A stretch of DNA of 32,000 nucleotides from Desulfobulbus propionicus DSM 2032. GTDB lineage: Bacteria; Desulfobacterota; Desulfobulbia; Desulfobulbales; Desulfobulbaceae. Location of the stretch: contig NC_014972.1 of NCBI RefSeq assembly GCF_000186885.1, positions 3,360,001 to 3,392,000 on the forward strand. The letters run 5' to 3'. Within the stretch, counting starts at the first letter, position 1, and every line of letters begins with the position of its first letter. A model generated the notes under the pieces. It saw nothing but the letters and a program-made list of their open reading frames with translations. It had not been told where the DNA came from and did not search any database. Below, piece after piece: positions 16,323 through 25,694 of the stretch. The translations under genes were made by a program, and so were the position numbers.

Positions 16323-18515
16323 TTGCTGTTTAAAAACCGCAACAGTCTTGCCAGTCGGCTCACCTTTCAGGTCATTGTCCTCAGTTCCCTGGTGACCGTG
16401 TTGTCCACCGCCCTCCAGCTGTACCTCGACTACCGCCAGGACGTTCGCAGCATCTATCTTTTTTTCGACTCGATCAAGGAAACCAGCCTGCGCCCCCTGG
16501 AGGAGAGCGTCTGGATTCTTGATGATCTGCAGGTCAATCTCCAGCTCGAGGGCCTGATCAAGCGTCAGGATATCGTATATGCGGCGGTGGAGATGGACCA
16601 ACGGATCACCTGGTCCAAGGGCATGCCGGTGCGCCAGGACAACATCACCCAATCCTTTCCCCTTGTCCATCCGGTACGCAACGGCTTTGAAGAGATCGGC
16701 ACGCTCCACGTGATGGCCTCGCTGGAAGCAATTTATCATCGGCTGCTGCGCCGGATCACTATCTTGCTGGCCAGTAACGCGGTCAAAACCTTTCTCGTGG
16801 CAGGATTCATCCTTCTGTTGTTCAAGAAAAACATCACCGACCATCTGGAACGGATGGCCGACCATGTCCAGCAGATCGACATCCAGCAGCAGGAGCCGCA
16901 GCCGCTGCGGCTCAACCGCACCAATCCTCGCACCTCAGATGAACTGGACCTGGTCAGCGAGGCCCTCAACGGGTTGTGCCAGGGTGGCTATCAGGCCTAT
17001 CGGGACCTCCGTATTCAGGAACAGCGCCTTCGCCTGCTGTTCGATGCCACCGAGGAAGCGATTTTCGGGGTCGATCCCCAGGGGCGGTGTACCTTTATCA
17101 ACCGGGTGGCCAACGACATTCTTTCCAGTACCAAGGGGCAATCGCTGTTGGGACGGGATCTTCTGGCCATGCTGGCCAGCCACGATCAACCCCCGTCCTC
17201 CAGTCTGCTGGGCAGGCAGGTGCAAACAACCATCGAAGAACGCCGGGTGCTGTTCACCGATGAACTGCCGCTGGTTCTTTCCGACGGCTTGATCATGCTG
17301 ATATCGCTCCGTTCCTATCCGGTGGTCGAGCAGCAACGGTGCACCGGCGCGGTGGTCTTTTTTGCCGACATCAGCCGGCAGCAGAAGCTGGAACAGGAAA
17401 AACAACTATTTACCCGAATCATTCGCCAGGCCCCGGCCCTGATCCTGGTGGTCAATGCCGACGGGGTCATTGAATACGTCAATTCCATCTTTGAGCAGAT
17501 CTTCGGTTTTGAGGCGCAGACCCTGGCAGGCACCCTGGCCCAGGACAGCTTCAAATCACTGGACATAACACCGCAGATGGGACGGGTGCGCAACAAGATC
17601 GCCAATGGCGAGACCTGGGTCGGAACCTTCACCGGCAAGACCATGGATGGGCGGAAGATCGTTCTTGACGCCACGGTCTTTCCCATTTTCGACCGCCGCG
17701 GACAGCTGACCAACATCGTGGCCATGGGCCGCGACATCACCCGAGAGCAGCAGCTCACCGAGCAGTTGCACCACATCCAGAAAATGGAGGCCATCGGCAA
17801 ACTTGCCGCTTCCATTGCCCATGAATTCGGCAATCCGCTGCTGGGAATCCGCTTTGCCCTGCGCGATGTGCAGCAACGGGCCCAACTGGAACAAGACGAT
17901 GCCCATCTCCTCCAGTTGGCGGAAAGCGAATGCGATCGCATGCGCAAATTGATCCGTGATTTGCAGCAATTCAACCGCCCCTCCAGCGGGCGGAAAGTCG
18001 AATTTGATCCCCATCGGATTCTCGAGGAGATCATGGCTCTGCACCACAATCTCCTGACCAAGAAAAAAATCACCGTGATACGGGACTACGAACCGCGGCC
18101 CATCCGGCTGCATGCAGTGGAAGATCAGATGCGTCAAGTGTTGATCAATCTGATCCTCAATGCCACCGACGCCATGGAAACGGCGGGCGGCACCCTGACC
18201 CTGCGGACGCGGCTGGCCGGTGGAGAGGTGGTGATTTGCGTCGAGGACAGCGGAGGCGGCATTGCCGAAGAGCATTTGCAGCGGATTTTCGAACCCTTTT
18301 TCACCACCAAGGCGGCGGTGGAGGGCACTGGACTGGGCCTGGCGGTTTCCTACGGCATTGTCCGCGGCCACGGCGGCGACATAACGGTTCAGTCCCGGCC
18401 GGGGCAAACGGTGTTCACCGTCACCCTGCCCGCCAGGGCAATGCCGGCGGCCACGGGTGTGGCCCCACTGGTCGGGGCGACTTCAGCCGCGCGGGTGGAA
18501 ACGTCGATGCGTTGA
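16323..18515 (+). CDS. Membrane-bound PAS-domain sensor histidine kinase (no adjacent response regulator)
   Basis: Two N-terminal TM helices flank a roughly 120-aa extracytoplasmic segment. A HAMP-like linker and two PAS-like regions follow ([23 protein letters not shown] and [22 protein letters not shown]). H-box [10 protein letters not shown]-box LNATDAM, G1 VEDSGGGI, F-box FEPFFTTK and G2 GTGLGL are all present. A GGAGG SD lies 8 nt before TTG 16323. Confidence 0.9.
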   Translation: MLFKNRNSLASRLTFQVIVLSSLVTVLSTALQLYLDYRQDVRSIYLFFDSIKETSLRPLEESVWILDDLQVNLQLEGLIKRQDIVYAAVEMDQRITWSKGMPVRQDNITQSFPLVHPVRNGFEEIGTLHVMASLEAIYHRLLRRITILLASNAVKTFLVAGFILLLFKKNITDHLERMADHVQQIDIQQQEPQPLRLNRTNPRTSDELDLVSEALNGLCQGGYQAYRDLRIQEQRLRLLFDATEEAIFGVDPQGRCTFINRVANDILSSTKGQSLLGRDLLAMLASHDQPPSSSLLGRQVQTTIEERRVLFTDELPLVLSDGLIMLISLRSYPVVEQQRCTGAVVFFADISRQQKLEQEKQLFTRIIRQAPALILVVNADGVIEYVNSIFEQIFGFEAQTLAGTLAQDSFKSLDITPQMGRVRNKIANGETWVGTFTGKTMDGRKIVLDATVFPIFDRRGQLTNIVAMGRDITREQQLTEQLHHIQKMEAIGKLAASIAHEFGNPLLGIRFALRDVQQRAQLEQDDAHLLQLAESECDRMRKLIRDLQQFNRPSSGRKVEFDPHRILEEIMALHHNLLTKKKITVIRDYEPRPIRLHAVEDQMRQVLINLILNATDAMETAGGTLTLRTRLAGGEVVICVEDSGGGIAEEHLQRIFEPFFTTKAAVEGTGLGLAVSYGIVRGHGGDITVQSRPGQTVFTVTLPARAMPAATGVAPLVGATSAARVETSMR

Positions 18516-19403
18516 CTTGAGCCGGTCGGCATCGACATGGGTATAGATTTGGGTGGTGGCAATGTCGCTGTGGCCGAGCATCATCTGTACCGAACGGAGG
18601 TCAGCGCCACCGGCCACTAGATGGGTGGCAAAGGAGTGGCGCAGCACGTGCGGGCTGATCGCCTTGCGGATGCCGGCAATCAGGGCGATCTCGCGGACGA
18701 TCTGCCAGAAGCGGTGACGGGTCATGGCTTCCCCCCGGTTGGAGCAGAAGAGCAGCGGGCTGCCCTTCCCCTTCAGCAGCAACGGCCGGACCCGTTCGAT
18801 ATAGTCGCGGAGAATTGTTCCGGCTACGGCTGAAAAGGGGACGATACGCTCCTTGTTGCCCTTGCCGAGGATGCGCAGATGACCGGTGTGCAGGTTACAG
18901 CCGTTCACCGGCAGGTTGACCAGTTCAGAGACACGCAGCCCGGAAGCGTAGAGCAAATGGAGCATGGCATGGTTGCGTATCGCCAGGGGGGTCGGGGGCG
19001 AGGGGGGGCGGAGCAGGGCGTCAACCTCGGCAATGGTCAGCACCTTGGGCAGGCTGCGGCCGATTTTCGGCGCATCGATTTCGGCGAGGGGATTGCCGGC
19101 AAGCACTCCCCGGTCCTGAAGAAAACGAAAAAAGGCACGCAGGGCGGCCAAGCGGCGGGCATTGGAACGGGCACCGATCCGCCGCTGGTGGCAGTACTGA
19201 AAAAACTGCTGCACATGCTCCTTGTCAATCCTCTCGATCAGGATGGCGTCGGCGTCGGAGAAAAAACGGAAAAAAAATTCAAGATCGGCCTGATACGCGG
19301 CCACGGTGTTCCTGGCAAGCCGTCGCTGCAGGGTCAGGTGCTGCAGGAACAGCTGCAGGTGCTGGTTGTAGTCATTGGCTGGCGTGGGGGTGAGCGGCAG
19401 CAA
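18483..19403 (-). CDS. xerD: Site-specific tyrosine recombinase XerD
   Basis: The sequence is colinear with E. coli XerD: LYASGLRVSELVNL, ILGKGNKERIVPF, MTRHRFWQ, PHVLRHSFATHL and LGHSDIATTQIYTHV, ending ..HPRG. The only available start is TTG 19403, which has no SD. Confidence 0.85.
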   Translation of the reverse strand: MLPLTPTPANDYNQHLQLFLQHLTLQRRLARNTVAAYQADLEFFFRFFSDADAILIERIDKEHVQQFFQYCHQRRIGARSNARRLAALRAFFRFLQDRGVLAGNPLAEIDAPKIGRSLPKVLTIAEVDALLRPPSPPTPLAIRNHAMLHLLYASGLRVSELVNLPVNGCNLHTGHLRILGKGNKERIVPFSAVAGTILRDYIERVRPLLLKGKGSPLLFCSNRGEAMTRHRFWQIVREIALIAGIRKAISPHVLRHSFATHLVAGGADLRSVQMMLGHSDIATTQIYTHVDADRLKSTHRRFHPRG

Positions 19404-19414
19404 GGGCAGCGTGC

Positions 19415-19448
19415 AAATAAACGCCCCGCAGGGTGAACCGGCGGGGCG
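19415..19448 (-). terminator. rpsU terminator
   Basis: On the minus strand: CGCCCCGC, an 11-nt loop, GCGGGGCG, followed by TTTATTT. It lies immediately after the rpsU stop. Confidence 0.65.
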
Positions 19449-19454
19449 AGCAGA

Positions 19455-19649
19455 TCAAACCCGACTTCTCATCCGGTTGAACTTGCGAAGTTTACGCAGG
19501 GCTTCCGCTGCTTTGCGGCGTTTTTTAACGCTGGGTTTTTCGTAGTATTCACGCCGTTTCAGCTCTCGTTTGATACCGTCGATCTGCAGTTTCTTCTTCA
19601 GCTGCCTGATCGCGTATTCAAGGTCACCTCTGACATCTACTTCGATCAT
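19455..19649 (-). CDS. rpsU: 30S ribosomal protein S21
   Basis: MIEVDVRGDLEYAIRQLKKKLQIDGIKRELKRREYYEKPSVKKRRKAAEA.. is a typical bS21 sequence of 64 aa. Confidence 0.95.
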   Translation of the reverse strand: MIEVDVRGDLEYAIRQLKKKLQIDGIKRELKRREYYEKPSVKKRRKAAEALRKLRKFNRMRSRV

Positions 19650-19713
19650 AATTGCATCACTTCCTTTGGTGGTTGGCCGGAGCCATTAATAAGAGTGGGA
19701 TTAAAAACGGGTT

Positions 19714-19742
19714 AAGATAGCCGCTTCGCCGCTCCTTGTCAA
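19714..19742 (-). promoter_or_regulatory. Putative sigma70 promoter of rpsU
   Basis: On the minus strand: TTGACA (19742-19737), a 17-nt spacer, TATCTT (19719-19714), about 60 nt upstream of the rpsU ATG. Confidence 0.5.
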
Positions 19743-19945
19743 ATCAAACGATTGAATCTCAGCCATTTTCACCATGCGGGCGGCCCCGGCTGACCACGAA
19801 AAACCGCCACCTGCGTGCATGCCGGGCGTATGGCCCGCTGCCCATCCCTGCCCGGCCTTTTGATTGTTTTTCTCTGCCATGATGGTACCATAGGGTCCAC
19901 TGTTTTCTCAGGGCAGGGAACCCTATGCACTCAAGGAGGTTGACC

Positions 19946-20893
19946 ATGGCGAAGATTCGATTGGCACTGATTGCCGGCGGAACATCAGATGAACGGGAGG
20001 TGTCGCTGCGCGGCGCAGCCGGAGTGGAACAGGCGCTCGATCCCGACAAATACGAAGTGGTGCGCTACGACCCGGCGACCGATCTGGCCAAGATCGCGGC
20101 CGACGCCGCGCACATTGATGTGGCCTTTCTGCTCCTGCATGGCGTGCATGGCGAGGATGGGACCATCCAGGGGTTTCTCGATCTGCTCGGCATTCCCTAT
20201 CAGGGGGCCGGGGTGCTCGGCAGCGCCCTGGCCATGGACAAGCATCTGGCCAAGACCATGTACAAGCTCCATGGTCTGCCGGTGGCGCCGTGGGTGATGG
20301 TGGAAGCGGGCGATCTCGCCGACACCCGTCGGATCGTCACCGAGGTGGGACTGCCCTGCGTGGTCAAGCCGGTGCGCCAGGGTTCGTCCATCGGCATGTC
20401 GATCGTGCGCGAGAAGGAACAGCTGCCAGCGGCCCTCCGTCTGGCCCTGCGCCACGACAACGAGGTCATGGTCGAGGCCTACATCAAGGGTCGGGAACTG
20501 ACCGCCGGAGTGCTGGGCAACGCCGAGCTGACCGCCCTGCCGCTGATCGAGATCATCCCCGACGCCCGCTACGAGTTTTTCGATTACGAGGCCAAGTATC
20601 AGCCCGGCGCGAGCAAGGAGATTTGTCCGGCTCCGGTGAGCGACGAGGTGCGGCAAAAAGCCCAGGCCTATGCCATGGAGGCCCACCGCAGTCTGCAACT
20701 ACGCGGCTACAGCCGCACCGACATGATCCTTGCCGGTGACGAATTGTATCTTTTGGAAACCAATACCATTCCGGGCATGACTCCCACGAGCCTGCTGCCC
20801 CAGGCAGCCGCCGAGGCGGGTATTCCCTTCGCCGCCCTGCTCGACCGGCTGGTTGCTCTGGCCTTGGAAAAACCGGCCCGCCTGGCGGGTTGA
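19946..20893 (+). CDS. ddl: D-alanine--D-alanine ligase
   Basis: The sequence IRLALIAGGTSDEREVSLRGA.., HGVHGEDGTIQGFLDLLGIPYQGAGVLGSALAMDK and an ATP-grasp core ending LLETNTIPGMTPTSL support this. An AAGGAGG SD precedes ATG 19946. Confidence 0.95.
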   Translation: MAKIRLALIAGGTSDEREVSLRGAAGVEQALDPDKYEVVRYDPATDLAKIAADAAHIDVAFLLLHGVHGEDGTIQGFLDLLGIPYQGAGVLGSALAMDKHLAKTMYKLHGLPVAPWVMVEAGDLADTRRIVTEVGLPCVVKPVRQGSSIGMSIVREKEQLPAALRLALRHDNEVMVEAYIKGRELTAGVLGNAELTALPLIEIIPDARYEFFDYEAKYQPGASKEICPAPVSDEVRQKAQAYAMEAHRSLQLRGYSRTDMILAGDELYLLETNTIPGMTPTSLLPQAAAEAGIPFAALLDRLVALALEKPARLAG

Positions 20894-20934
20894 CAGCAAC
20901 AGCCGCCCCGGAAAGCCTCCAGGGCGGCCAGCGT

Positions 20935-22206
20935 TTAGAAGCGGGTGTTGAAGTAGGGTTCCAGCACCGAAGGCAGGCGGACCGTGCCGTCGGCCTGCTG
21001 GTAGTTCTCGAGAATGGCCAGCAGGGTGCGGCCCACCGCCAGGCCCGAGCCATTGAGGGTGTGGACCAGGCGACTCTTTTTTTCGCCCTTGGCCCGGTAG
21101 CGGATGCCCGCCCGCCGCGCCTGGAAATCAAGGAAGTTGGAGCAGGAAGAAATTTCGCGGTAACAGTTCTGCCCCGGCAGCCAAACCTCGATGTCGTAGG
21201 TCTTGGCCGCGGAGAAGCCCAGGTCGCCGGTACAAAGGGTGATCACCCGGTAGGGCAGCTCCAGCAGTTGCAGCGCCGCCTCGGCATCGGCCAGCAAGCT
21301 TTCCAACTCCTCCCAGGAGGTTTCCGGGGCGGTGAATTTGACCAGCTCGACCTTTTCGAACTGGTGCTGGCGGATGAGTCCCCGGGTGTCCTTGCCGTAG
21401 GAACCGGCCTCGGAGCGAAAACAGGGGGTGTAGGCGGTGTACTTCAGCGGCAGCTCCGCGCCGTCGATGGTTTCGCCGGCGTGAATGTTGGTCACCGGGA
21501 CCTCGGCGGTGGGAATCAACCACAGATCCCAACCTTCGAGTTTGAACAGGTCTTCCTTGAACTTGGGCAGCTGGCCGGTGCCGGTCATGGCTTTGGAATT
21601 GACCATGAACGGCGGCAGCACCTCGGTATAGCCGTGGCGTTGGGTATGGAGATCAAGGAAGAAATTGACCAGGGCCCGCGACAGACGGGAGCCGAAGCCC
21701 TTGAGCAGGGAAAAGCGGGCTCCGGCAAGGCGGGAAGCGGTGTCAAAGTCGAGGATGCCGAGTTGCTCGCCAATCTCCCAATGCGGCCGCGGCGGAAAGG
21801 CAAACGTGGGAATCTCGCCCCACCGTTTGATCTCGATGTTGTCCTGTTCGTCCCGTCCCTGAGGCACCGAATCGTCGCACAGGTTGGGGATGGACATGAC
21901 AATATCCTGCAATTCCTCCTCAATTCCGGCAAGGACGACATCCAGTTCCTTGATTCGATCGGACACCGCCCGCATCTCGACAATCAGCGGTTCCGCCTCG
22001 TCATTGCGGCCCGACTGCTTGAAACCGGCAATGGTTTTAGAAACCGTGTTGCGCTGATTTTTCAGCCCCTCGACCTCGGCCAAGGTGGCTAATCTTCGCC
22101 TGTCGGTTTCGGCAAAGCGGTCGATGAGTTGGGGGTCAACTCCGCGCAGGAGGCTTTTCGATCGGACCAGGTCCAGGTTTTCCCTGACAAAACGTAATTC
22201 AAGCAT
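20935..22206 (-). CDS. serS: Seryl-tRNA synthetase
   Basis: The N-terminal coiled-coil starts [14 protein letters not shown]. Class II motifs are present ([64 protein letters not shown]). The start is at ATG 22206. Confidence 0.97.
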   Translation of the reverse strand: MLELRFVRENLDLVRSKSLLRGVDPQLIDRFAETDRRRLATLAEVEGLKNQRNTVSKTIAGFKQSGRNDEAEPLIVEMRAVSDRIKELDVVLAGIEEELQDIVMSIPNLCDDSVPQGRDEQDNIEIKRWGEIPTFAFPPRPHWEIGEQLGILDFDTASRLAGARFSLLKGFGSRLSRALVNFFLDLHTQRHGYTEVLPPFMVNSKAMTGTGQLPKFKEDLFKLEGWDLWLIPTAEVPVTNIHAGETIDGAELPLKYTAYTPCFRSEAGSYGKDTRGLIRQHQFEKVELVKFTAPETSWEELESLLADAEAALQLLELPYRVITLCTGDLGFSAAKTYDIEVWLPGQNCYREISSCSNFLDFQARRAGIRYRAKGEKKSRLVHTLNGSGLAVGRTLLAILENYQQADGTVRLPSVLEPYFNTRF

Positions 22207-22404
22207 GACGATGCACGTGGGAGAGTGGAAGGGGTTGGAGTGAAAGTCATTCAAAATCCGGCGGATACTCGCCGGTTCCCCCGCTTTTATCACGGCCTCC
22301 GGGGAAACGCAACGGGTATTCAATTGCTTTTATCCGTCTGTTTTGCTACTTTTTTCCTGTTTTTTTCCCAGCTCCCAACAATCCAGCTTGCTTCTCCCGA
22401 TCCC

Positions 22405-23151
22405 ATGGCCGAGCCGCTCAAATCGTTTGCCCTCTTTCTGCTTGAACTCCGCAGTTCATTGAAAATACTTGGAATATCTATCGCGGCCGTCACTTTGCCA
22501 GCCTTTTTCCTTGCCGGACGCCTGCTCGCTGTCTTTCAGGAGCATCTCGGGGAGAAGCTCTATTTTTTTTCCGTGGCCGGCCCTTTCCTGGCCCATGTCA
22601 AACTGGGCTTTTTTGCCGCCCTCTATGTCCTCATGCCGCTGTGCATGCATGTCCTGTGGAAGGCGGCCGGCAAACCGTTCGGCGTCACCGGCACGAAACT
22701 CCTATGGTTCGTCATCGCCACCTGTATCCTTTTTTACAGCGGCACTGTTTTCTGTTATATGGTGACCCTGCCCTTTGGCATTCAGTTTTTGCTCAGCTTT
22801 CAGTCGCAGGACCTGCAGGCGGTCATTTCCATCAGCCGTTTCGTCAACTTCGTGACCCTGTTCATCCTGGGATTTGGCCTGGTATTTGAACTGCCGGTGT
22901 TCATGATCTTCAGCGCCCAGGTGGGAGCGATTTCCCGAGCCGCCTTTGCCCGCAACCGTCGTTATGCGGTGCTGGTGATCGCCATCCTCGCGGCCCTGCT
23001 CACGCCCACGCCGGATCTGGTCAACATGGGCTTGATGGGGCTGCCGCTCTATCTGCTGTATGAATCGGGGATCTTGCTGATCGGCTGGCTTGGGCTGGAC
23101 AAGGGCGGTACCGGCGCAAGCGGGGCTCGTCCGCCCGCCCTGCCTCAATGA
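22405..23151 (+). CDS. tatC: Twin-arginine translocase subunit TatC
   Basis: The N-terminal FLLELRSSL motif is present. The six-TM pattern is colinear with E. coli TatC, including LLTPTPDLVNMGLMGLPLYLLYE. ATG 22405 has no obvious SD. No tatA or tatB lies nearby. Confidence 0.9.
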   Translation: MAEPLKSFALFLLELRSSLKILGISIAAVTLPAFFLAGRLLAVFQEHLGEKLYFFSVAGPFLAHVKLGFFAALYVLMPLCMHVLWKAAGKPFGVTGTKLLWFVIATCILFYSGTVFCYMVTLPFGIQFLLSFQSQDLQAVISISRFVNFVTLFILGFGLVFELPVFMIFSAQVGAISRAAFARNRRYAVLVIAILAALLTPTPDLVNMGLMGLPLYLLYESGILLIGWLGLDKGGTGASGARPPALPQ

Positions 23152-23259
23152 ATGCGGACTCCACGAACGGCCCCGGAGGCATGCGAGGTACCCATGAGCG
23201 CGAGGGCAGGCAAGTTCAATGGTTCAGGCAGGTAAAGCGGTTCATTGCATCGAGGTTCC

Positions 23260-23586
23260 ATGGCAATACGTAACAAAGAGGACGACAAGCGGCACGACAG
23301 ACGGATACTGTGGATTCTAGGCGCGGTGGTGGTATTTTTTTCCCTGCTGTGGATACTGTTCGCTCCAGGACGCGGTTTTTTCCATTACCGCAAGCTGCAA
23401 CAGGAAATCGTCACCCTGACCCAGGAAAATGCCCGACTCGAGGCCAAGAACATAGAACTTTCCGAGGATATCAAGCGGTTGCAATCAGACGACACCTACC
23501 TGGAAGAGGTGGCGCGCAAAAAGCACGGTCTGCTGAAAAAAAATGAAACGGTTTATGAGTTCGAGACGCCGAAAAAAAAGCAATGA
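23260..23586 (+). CDS. ftsB: Septum formation initiator family protein (FtsB/DivIC)
   Basis: It has a single N-terminal TM helix, then a coiled-coil (LQQEIVTLTQENARLEAKNIELSEDIKRLQSDDTYLEEVARKKHGL) typical of FtsB. Confidence 0.8.
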   Translation: MAIRNKEDDKRHDRRILWILGAVVVFFSLLWILFAPGRGFFHYRKLQQEIVTLTQENARLEAKNIELSEDIKRLQSDDTYLEEVARKKHGLLKKNETVYEFETPKKKQ

Positions 23587-24530
23587 CCATGTCGGTGCCC
23601 GGCGGCCGCGCCGATCCGAGCGAGATCACGCGCCAGCCACAGGGAGGGGATGTGCCCTCTGAAGAAACCGCAACCGACCGTCACGGCACGCCCGACCGCG
23701 CCGCCCTCCTGGCCTTGGGAGAGGGGGTGCGCACCTTGCTGCGGCTGCATCAGCAGATGGGCATCAGCCATTACCCGCTGACACCCGGCTTGGGGACGTT
23801 TGTCCGCGCCAAACAGGCGCGGCCCAACGAGCAGAAAAAGCGCATGCGGCCACCAGCGCCGACCGCAGCCCCGGTGGGCAAGAAAACGGCACCCGCCGCC
23901 ACGGCGACGGCAGGCCAACCGCCGCCAACAGAAAGCGACCGACTCTCGGTGTTGCGGCGTGACATCGAAGTCTGCCGCCTCTGCCCGCTCGCCGCTGACC
24001 GGTGGGGCGTAGTGTTTGCCGCCGGCACCGCCCCTGCCCGCCTGCTGGTTATCGGCGGCCATTCGCGGCAAGAGGGGGAATATTCTCCGACCATCCTCTT
24101 TGGCGGCCAGGAGGATGTGATGTTGTGGAACATGATGCGCGCGATCGGCCTGGGTAGCGGCGATATCGTTGTGACCAATGCCATCAAATGCTGCCCCAAA
24201 GCCGACCTGCCGCCGGAGAGTCTCCACGCCTGCACCGTTCACCTGCGCCGGGAAATAGCCCTGGTGCAGCCACGGGTCATCCTGGCCATGGGCGAGGAGG
24301 CGGCGCACGCCGTGCTCGGGACCGGCGAGCCGATCTCCCGCCTGCGCGGCCGGTTCCACGCTGCCCGCCAGGACGACGCCAATGGCGTTCCCATCCCGGT
24401 CATGGTCACTTTCCATCCCCGCTTTCTCCTCGCGCAGCCGGCGATGAAACAAGCCGCCTGGCAGGATCTGCAGATGATCCAGCGGCGTCTGTCCACAGAC
24501 GTCCAGGAGGAGGGCACCGGCCGCACATAG
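23583..24530 (+). CDS. Uracil-DNA glycosylase superfamily protein, family-4-like with divergent motif A and a long N-terminal extension
   Basis: The C-terminal roughly 180 aa is colinear with family-4 UDG: [36 protein letters not shown] is replaced by GGHSR. The N-terminal roughly 130 aa is Pro/Ala/Arg-rich. The ATG overlaps the ftsB stop (ATGA). Confidence 0.75.
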   Translation: MTMSVPGGRADPSEITRQPQGGDVPSEETATDRHGTPDRAALLALGEGVRTLLRLHQQMGISHYPLTPGLGTFVRAKQARPNEQKKRMRPPAPTAAPVGKKTAPAATATAGQPPPTESDRLSVLRRDIEVCRLCPLAADRWGVVFAAGTAPARLLVIGGHSRQEGEYSPTILFGGQEDVMLWNMMRAIGLGSGDIVVTNAIKCCPKADLPPESLHACTVHLRREIALVQPRVILAMGEEAAHAVLGTGEPISRLRGRFHAARQDDANGVPIPVMVTFHPRFLLAQPAMKQAAWQDLQMIQRRLSTDVQEEGTGRT

Positions 24531-24606
24531 CACCGAGGCAGGGGGCGGCTTGGCGTGCATCGTCCCCTCACCTCTTCCTTTCTCACTGTTTCTTCAGGAG
24601 GACTCG

Positions 24607-25233
24607 ATGGCTGTTCATGAAATTTCTCATCCGCTGGTTCGTCACAAACTGGGCCTTCTGCGCGAGAAAAATATATCCACCAAGGATTTCCGCGATCTGG
24701 CCTCCGAGGTCGGCATGCTGCTTGCTTACGAGGCCACCCGCAACCTGCCCACGGAAAAAGTGACCATTGATACCTGGTCGGGGCCGACCACCGTGGACCG
24801 CATCAAGGGCAAGAAGATCACCATCGTTCCCATTCTCCGCGCCGGCTTGGGCATGATGGACGGGGTGCTCAAGGCCCTGCCCAACGCCAAGGTATCCGTG
24901 GTCGGCCTGTATCGTGACGAACAGACGCTGCAGCCGGTGACCTATTTTAAAAAACTGGTCAAGGACATCGACCAGCGCCAAGCCTTGATCCTGGACCCCA
25001 TGCTGGCCACCGGCGGTACCCTGGTGGCGACCATCGACATGCTCAAACAGGCTGGCTGCCGGGATATCATCGGCATCTTCCTGGTGGCAGCACCCGAAGG
25101 GATCGACAGGCTCCGGGCCAGCCACCCGGAGGTTGACATTTATGTGGCCGCGGTGGATGAACGCTTGAATGCCGATGGCTATATCCTGCCGGGTCTGGGC
25201 GATGCCGGCGACAAGATCTTCGGCACCAAATAG
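24607..25233 (+). CDS. upp: Uracil phosphoribosyltransferase
   Basis: [29 protein letters not shown].., the PRPP loop [12 protein letters not shown], and the C-terminal [17 protein letters not shown] support this. An AGGAGGA SD is present. Confidence 0.96.
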   Translation: MAVHEISHPLVRHKLGLLREKNISTKDFRDLASEVGMLLAYEATRNLPTEKVTIDTWSGPTTVDRIKGKKITIVPILRAGLGMMDGVLKALPNAKVSVVGLYRDEQTLQPVTYFKKLVKDIDQRQALILDPMLATGGTLVATIDMLKQAGCRDIIGIFLVAAPEGIDRLRASHPEVDIYVAAVDERLNADGYILPGLGDAGDKIFGTK

Positions 25234-25290
25234 TCGCCGCGTTTGCCGGCGGCGCACTTGCCGCCCGGAGATGCAATCGAGCCGCTTGGC

Positions 25291-25485
25291 TCAGGATCGG
25301 GCTTTGCCGGTGACGAACAGCTCGAAGAGCTTTTCAAAGACAAAGGGAATGGCCGAGGCCTGGGCGTTGGCCGACCCGGCATAGGCCTTGGTCAGCTCAA
25401 AGGCGCGCTCAAAGGCCTCTTCGAAATCCGAGGCGGTGTTTTTCTTGACGATGTTGATCAGTTCTTCGGCCAAAAAATCTTCCAT
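25291..25485 (-). CDS. Hypothetical small protein (64 aa, predicted helical, acidic)
   Basis: The sequence is MEDFLAEELINIVKKNTASDFEEAFERAFELTKAYAGSANAQASAIPFVFEKLFELFVTGKARS. Codon usage matches its neighbours and a weak GGTGA SD lies 4 nt upstream. I recognise no family. The longer 107-aa ORF version has a non-coding-like N-terminus. Confidence 0.5.
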   Translation of the reverse strand: MEDFLAEELINIVKKNTASDFEEAFERAFELTKAYAGSANAQASAIPFVFEKLFELFVTGKARS

Positions 25486-25694
25486 GAAATCACCACTGCA
25501 TGTGCGCTGTTGCCAGGTGCCGAACGAATCTTGCCGCACGGGTCGCAAACGAGATGCGGACCGCAGCACCCGATGGGGTGCCGCCATGATAGGCGGGAAT
25601 GGGCCGTTGGCCAAGTTTTTTTTCCCGCCCCCGCGCCGCCAAACCGGTCGCCGGCACGCAGCGAACCCGCGCCGGGAACCGTTGTTGTGGACCG

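Noticed and set aside
18483-19403. Tyrosine recombinase as a possible phage or island integrase marking a mobile element
   Set aside because: It is full-length colinear with housekeeping XerD, including XerD-specific segments. There are no flanking direct repeats, phage genes or compositional shift.
20890-22092. 400-aa plus-strand ORF
   Set aside because: It is antisense to serS and is a shadow ORF.
23149-23232. 27-codon ORF (MRTPRTAPEACEVPMSARAGKFNGSGR) between tatC and ftsB
   Set aside because: It has no SD and no recognisable features, and such short ORFs arise by chance in GC-rich DNA.
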